A DNA stretch of 34,437 nucleotides from a virus (Duplodnaviria > Caudoviricetes). The notes beneath the pieces are model-generated. The model did not search any database. It saw only the letters and a list, made by a program, of their open reading frames with translations, and was not told the DNA's origin. The translations under genes were made by a program, and so were the position numbers. This document shows, in pieces, positions 33,193-34,437 of the stretch. Numbering within the stretch: position 1 is the stretch's first letter; each line of letters starts with the position of its first letter. The stretch covers positions 1-34,437 of the IMG/VR virus record IMGVR_UViG_3300032212_000101, one strand, 5' to 3'.

Positions 33193-33252
33193 ACAAAACT
33201 AATAACCTATAAAAAACTTTGATTTCACATACTGAGATAATAATAAGATACT
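33189..33252 (+). promoter_or_regulatory. Sigma70-like promoter with tandem ATAA-N7-nnAT boxes (copy 2)
   Basis: ATAAacaaaacTAAT-N5-ATAAaaaacttTGAT, then TTCACA (33224-33229), 17 bp, GATACT. Confidence 0.65.
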
Positions 33253-33279
33253 GACTGAAAGTTAATTGGAGAGAGATAG

Positions 33280-33489
33280 ATGAACAGGAAAAGAGTAAGA
33301 ACTATATTAAGGGAAGCTTTTGGTGATTACTGCTACTGGTGTGGGTTAAAAATGGATTTCCCTAGATATGGCGAGATTGATCCATATCATAAAAACATGG
33401 CGACTATAGAACATCACATCGCAAAGAAAAAGAACAAAGGAAATGAAATTTATTACCTAAGGCTCGCACATAAAAAGTGCAATATTTAA
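33280..33489 (+). CDS. Small HNH endonuclease-like protein
   Basis: CYWCG...ATIEH.I.K...G.....LRLAHKKCN. Confidence 0.75.
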   Translation: MNRKRVRTILREAFGDYCYWCGLKMDFPRYGEIDPYHKNMATIEHHIAKKKNKGNEIYYLRLAHKKCNI

Positions 33490-33498
33490 GGACTAACC

Positions 33499-33750
33499 AT
33501 GAAAGATGATATGCCAGATAAGATTTATGCAAAGGTAGACGTTTTCGCAACCGATAGAGTGAAATTTGGCCAGTGGGGAACAGGTCAAAAAGACAATACC
33601 GAATACCTAAAACGCTCTCATGCGAATGAGCTGGTTAAGGAGGCTGTTGAGAAATCATTTCATTCAATTATGAATGAACTTGATTATGATGAAGAGCTTT
33701 ATGACAGATTACATACAGCAGCATTAAACCCCACAACCGAGGACAAGTGA
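33499..33750 (+). CDS. Hypothetical phage protein
   Basis: AAGGA RBS; MPDKIY...EY.R motif. Confidence 0.7.
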   Translation: MKDDMPDKIYAKVDVFATDRVKFGQWGTGQKDNTEYLKRSHANELVKEAVEKSFHSIMNELDYDEELYDRLHTAALNPTTEDK

Positions 33751-33950
33751 TGGATATAACAGTAAGTGAAGCGGTTGCAGAATATTTCTACGATCAATGC
33801 GCAGGTATGTATAGCGGCCACATGGCAGCAATACCTAATAATCCTGTTATTTATGGATTAATAAAGGCTCATAGCGCAGATCAGAAAGTAGATTTTGCAA
33901 GATTCCTGAGACAAGTAGCTGACAAGCTTGAAGCTGAACCTAAATTTTGA
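33747..33950 (+). CDS. Hypothetical phage protein
   Basis: GAGGA RBS; overlap coupling. Confidence 0.65.
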   Translation: MMDITVSEAVAEYFYDQCAGMYSGHMAAIPNNPVIYGLIKAHSADQKVDFARFLRQVADKLEAEPKF

Positions 33951-33974
33951 ACCAACCGAAGGCAAGGATAAAGA

Positions 33975-34172
33975 ATGATTAAACCGATTAAAGAACTCAG
34001 ATTTGTAATAACTGGTGAAGAGGCAGAGAAAATAGTAGCAGATCACATTGAATCTTTAATGATTGCAGAAGGTTATGAATTAAGGCGATCGGTTAAGCAG
34101 GATGATAATTACTGGCCTGATATGGTCTATGTGGGTCAATTGGTTCACGAAACACCGGAGCTATTGAAATGA
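33975..34172 (+). CDS. Hypothetical phage protein
   Basis: AAGGA RBS. Confidence 0.7.
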   Translation: MIKPIKELRFVITGEEAEKIVADHIESLMIAEGYELRRSVKQDDNYWPDMVYVGQLVHETPELLK

Positions 34173-34318
34173 ATGCTTACATGACTGTTTATTGGTTTGC
34201 TACTGGTCATAATGATGCAATTTTACCTACGTACCTTTGGCTTGATTTGCACTTGCAGAAACAAATTGATTTACATAACAAACTAGAATCATTTGCTGAA
34301 CGCTTGGAGTTGCTATGA
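34169..34318 (+). CDS. Small hypothetical protein (49 aa)
   Basis: GGAG RBS; ATGA overlaps at both ends. Read by hand. Confidence 0.5.
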   Translation: MNAYMTVYWFATGHNDAILPTYLWLDLHLQKQIDLHNKLESFAERLELL

Positions 34319-34437
34319 ACCTAACACCCGCAGAGAAACAAGCGATAAATATTAAGTGTGCTGAGTTGCTTGGTTATACATTAGGTGAGTATCAATCAAA
34401 TATTTACAGTTACTTGCATGTGCTGCATGGCGAGTTA
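34315..34437 (+). CDS. N-terminal part of the protein continuing at position 3
   Basis: GGAG RBS; 41 open codons (MNLTPAEKQAINIKCAELLG...) up to the window end. Confidence 0.6.
   Translation, partial: MNLTPAEKQAINIKCAELLGYTLGEYQSNIYSYLHVLHGEL

Larger units (their letters stand above)
1..34437. mobile_element. Near-complete or complete P22-like podovirus genome (circularly permuted)
   Basis: Full packaging/head/short-tail/ejection/lysis set with no tape-measure gene. No host housekeeping genes. The ORF at the right end joins the ORF at the left end. Confidence 0.9.

Overview
This window looks like an essentially complete, circularly permuted ~34.4 kb genome of a P22-like (podovirus-type) phage of a Gram-negative, probably gammaproteobacterial host. 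The ORF cut at the right end continues into the ORF at position 3. The minus strand at 5.9-24.0 kb carries the late module: TerS, TerL, portal, scaffold, N4-gp56/DUF4043-type major capsid, head-tail adaptor, gp10-like nozzle, three ejection proteins, tail fibre/spike, M15 peptidase endolysin, holin-like genes and an overlapping spanin pair. Two divergent early arms start in a 720-bp gene-free region at 32061-32781. The rightward arm has an RNase H1 hybrid-binding-domain protein, HNH and NinG-like nucleases, RecT and many small ORFs. The leftward arm has a NinB-like gene, a pentapeptide-repeat protein, an IbrB/IbrA-like ParB + PAPS-reductase pair and a replication protein lacking its N-terminal HTH. 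I recognise no integrase, CI-type repressor, DNA polymerase, helicase, LysR regulator or integron integrase. The most striking non-coding signals are: (1) an integron-type gene cassette between two attC sites whose core boxes are reciprocally complementary; (2) a structured-RNA + DnaA-box locus ahead of the RNase H hybrid-binding protein, a candidate RNA-primed origin; (3) four promoters sharing an identical tandem LysR-like box architecture; (4) a tRNA-like RNA ending in ACCA; (5) repeated GNRA hairpins before late genes. All protein calls come from motif recognition and synteny only; no database search was run.
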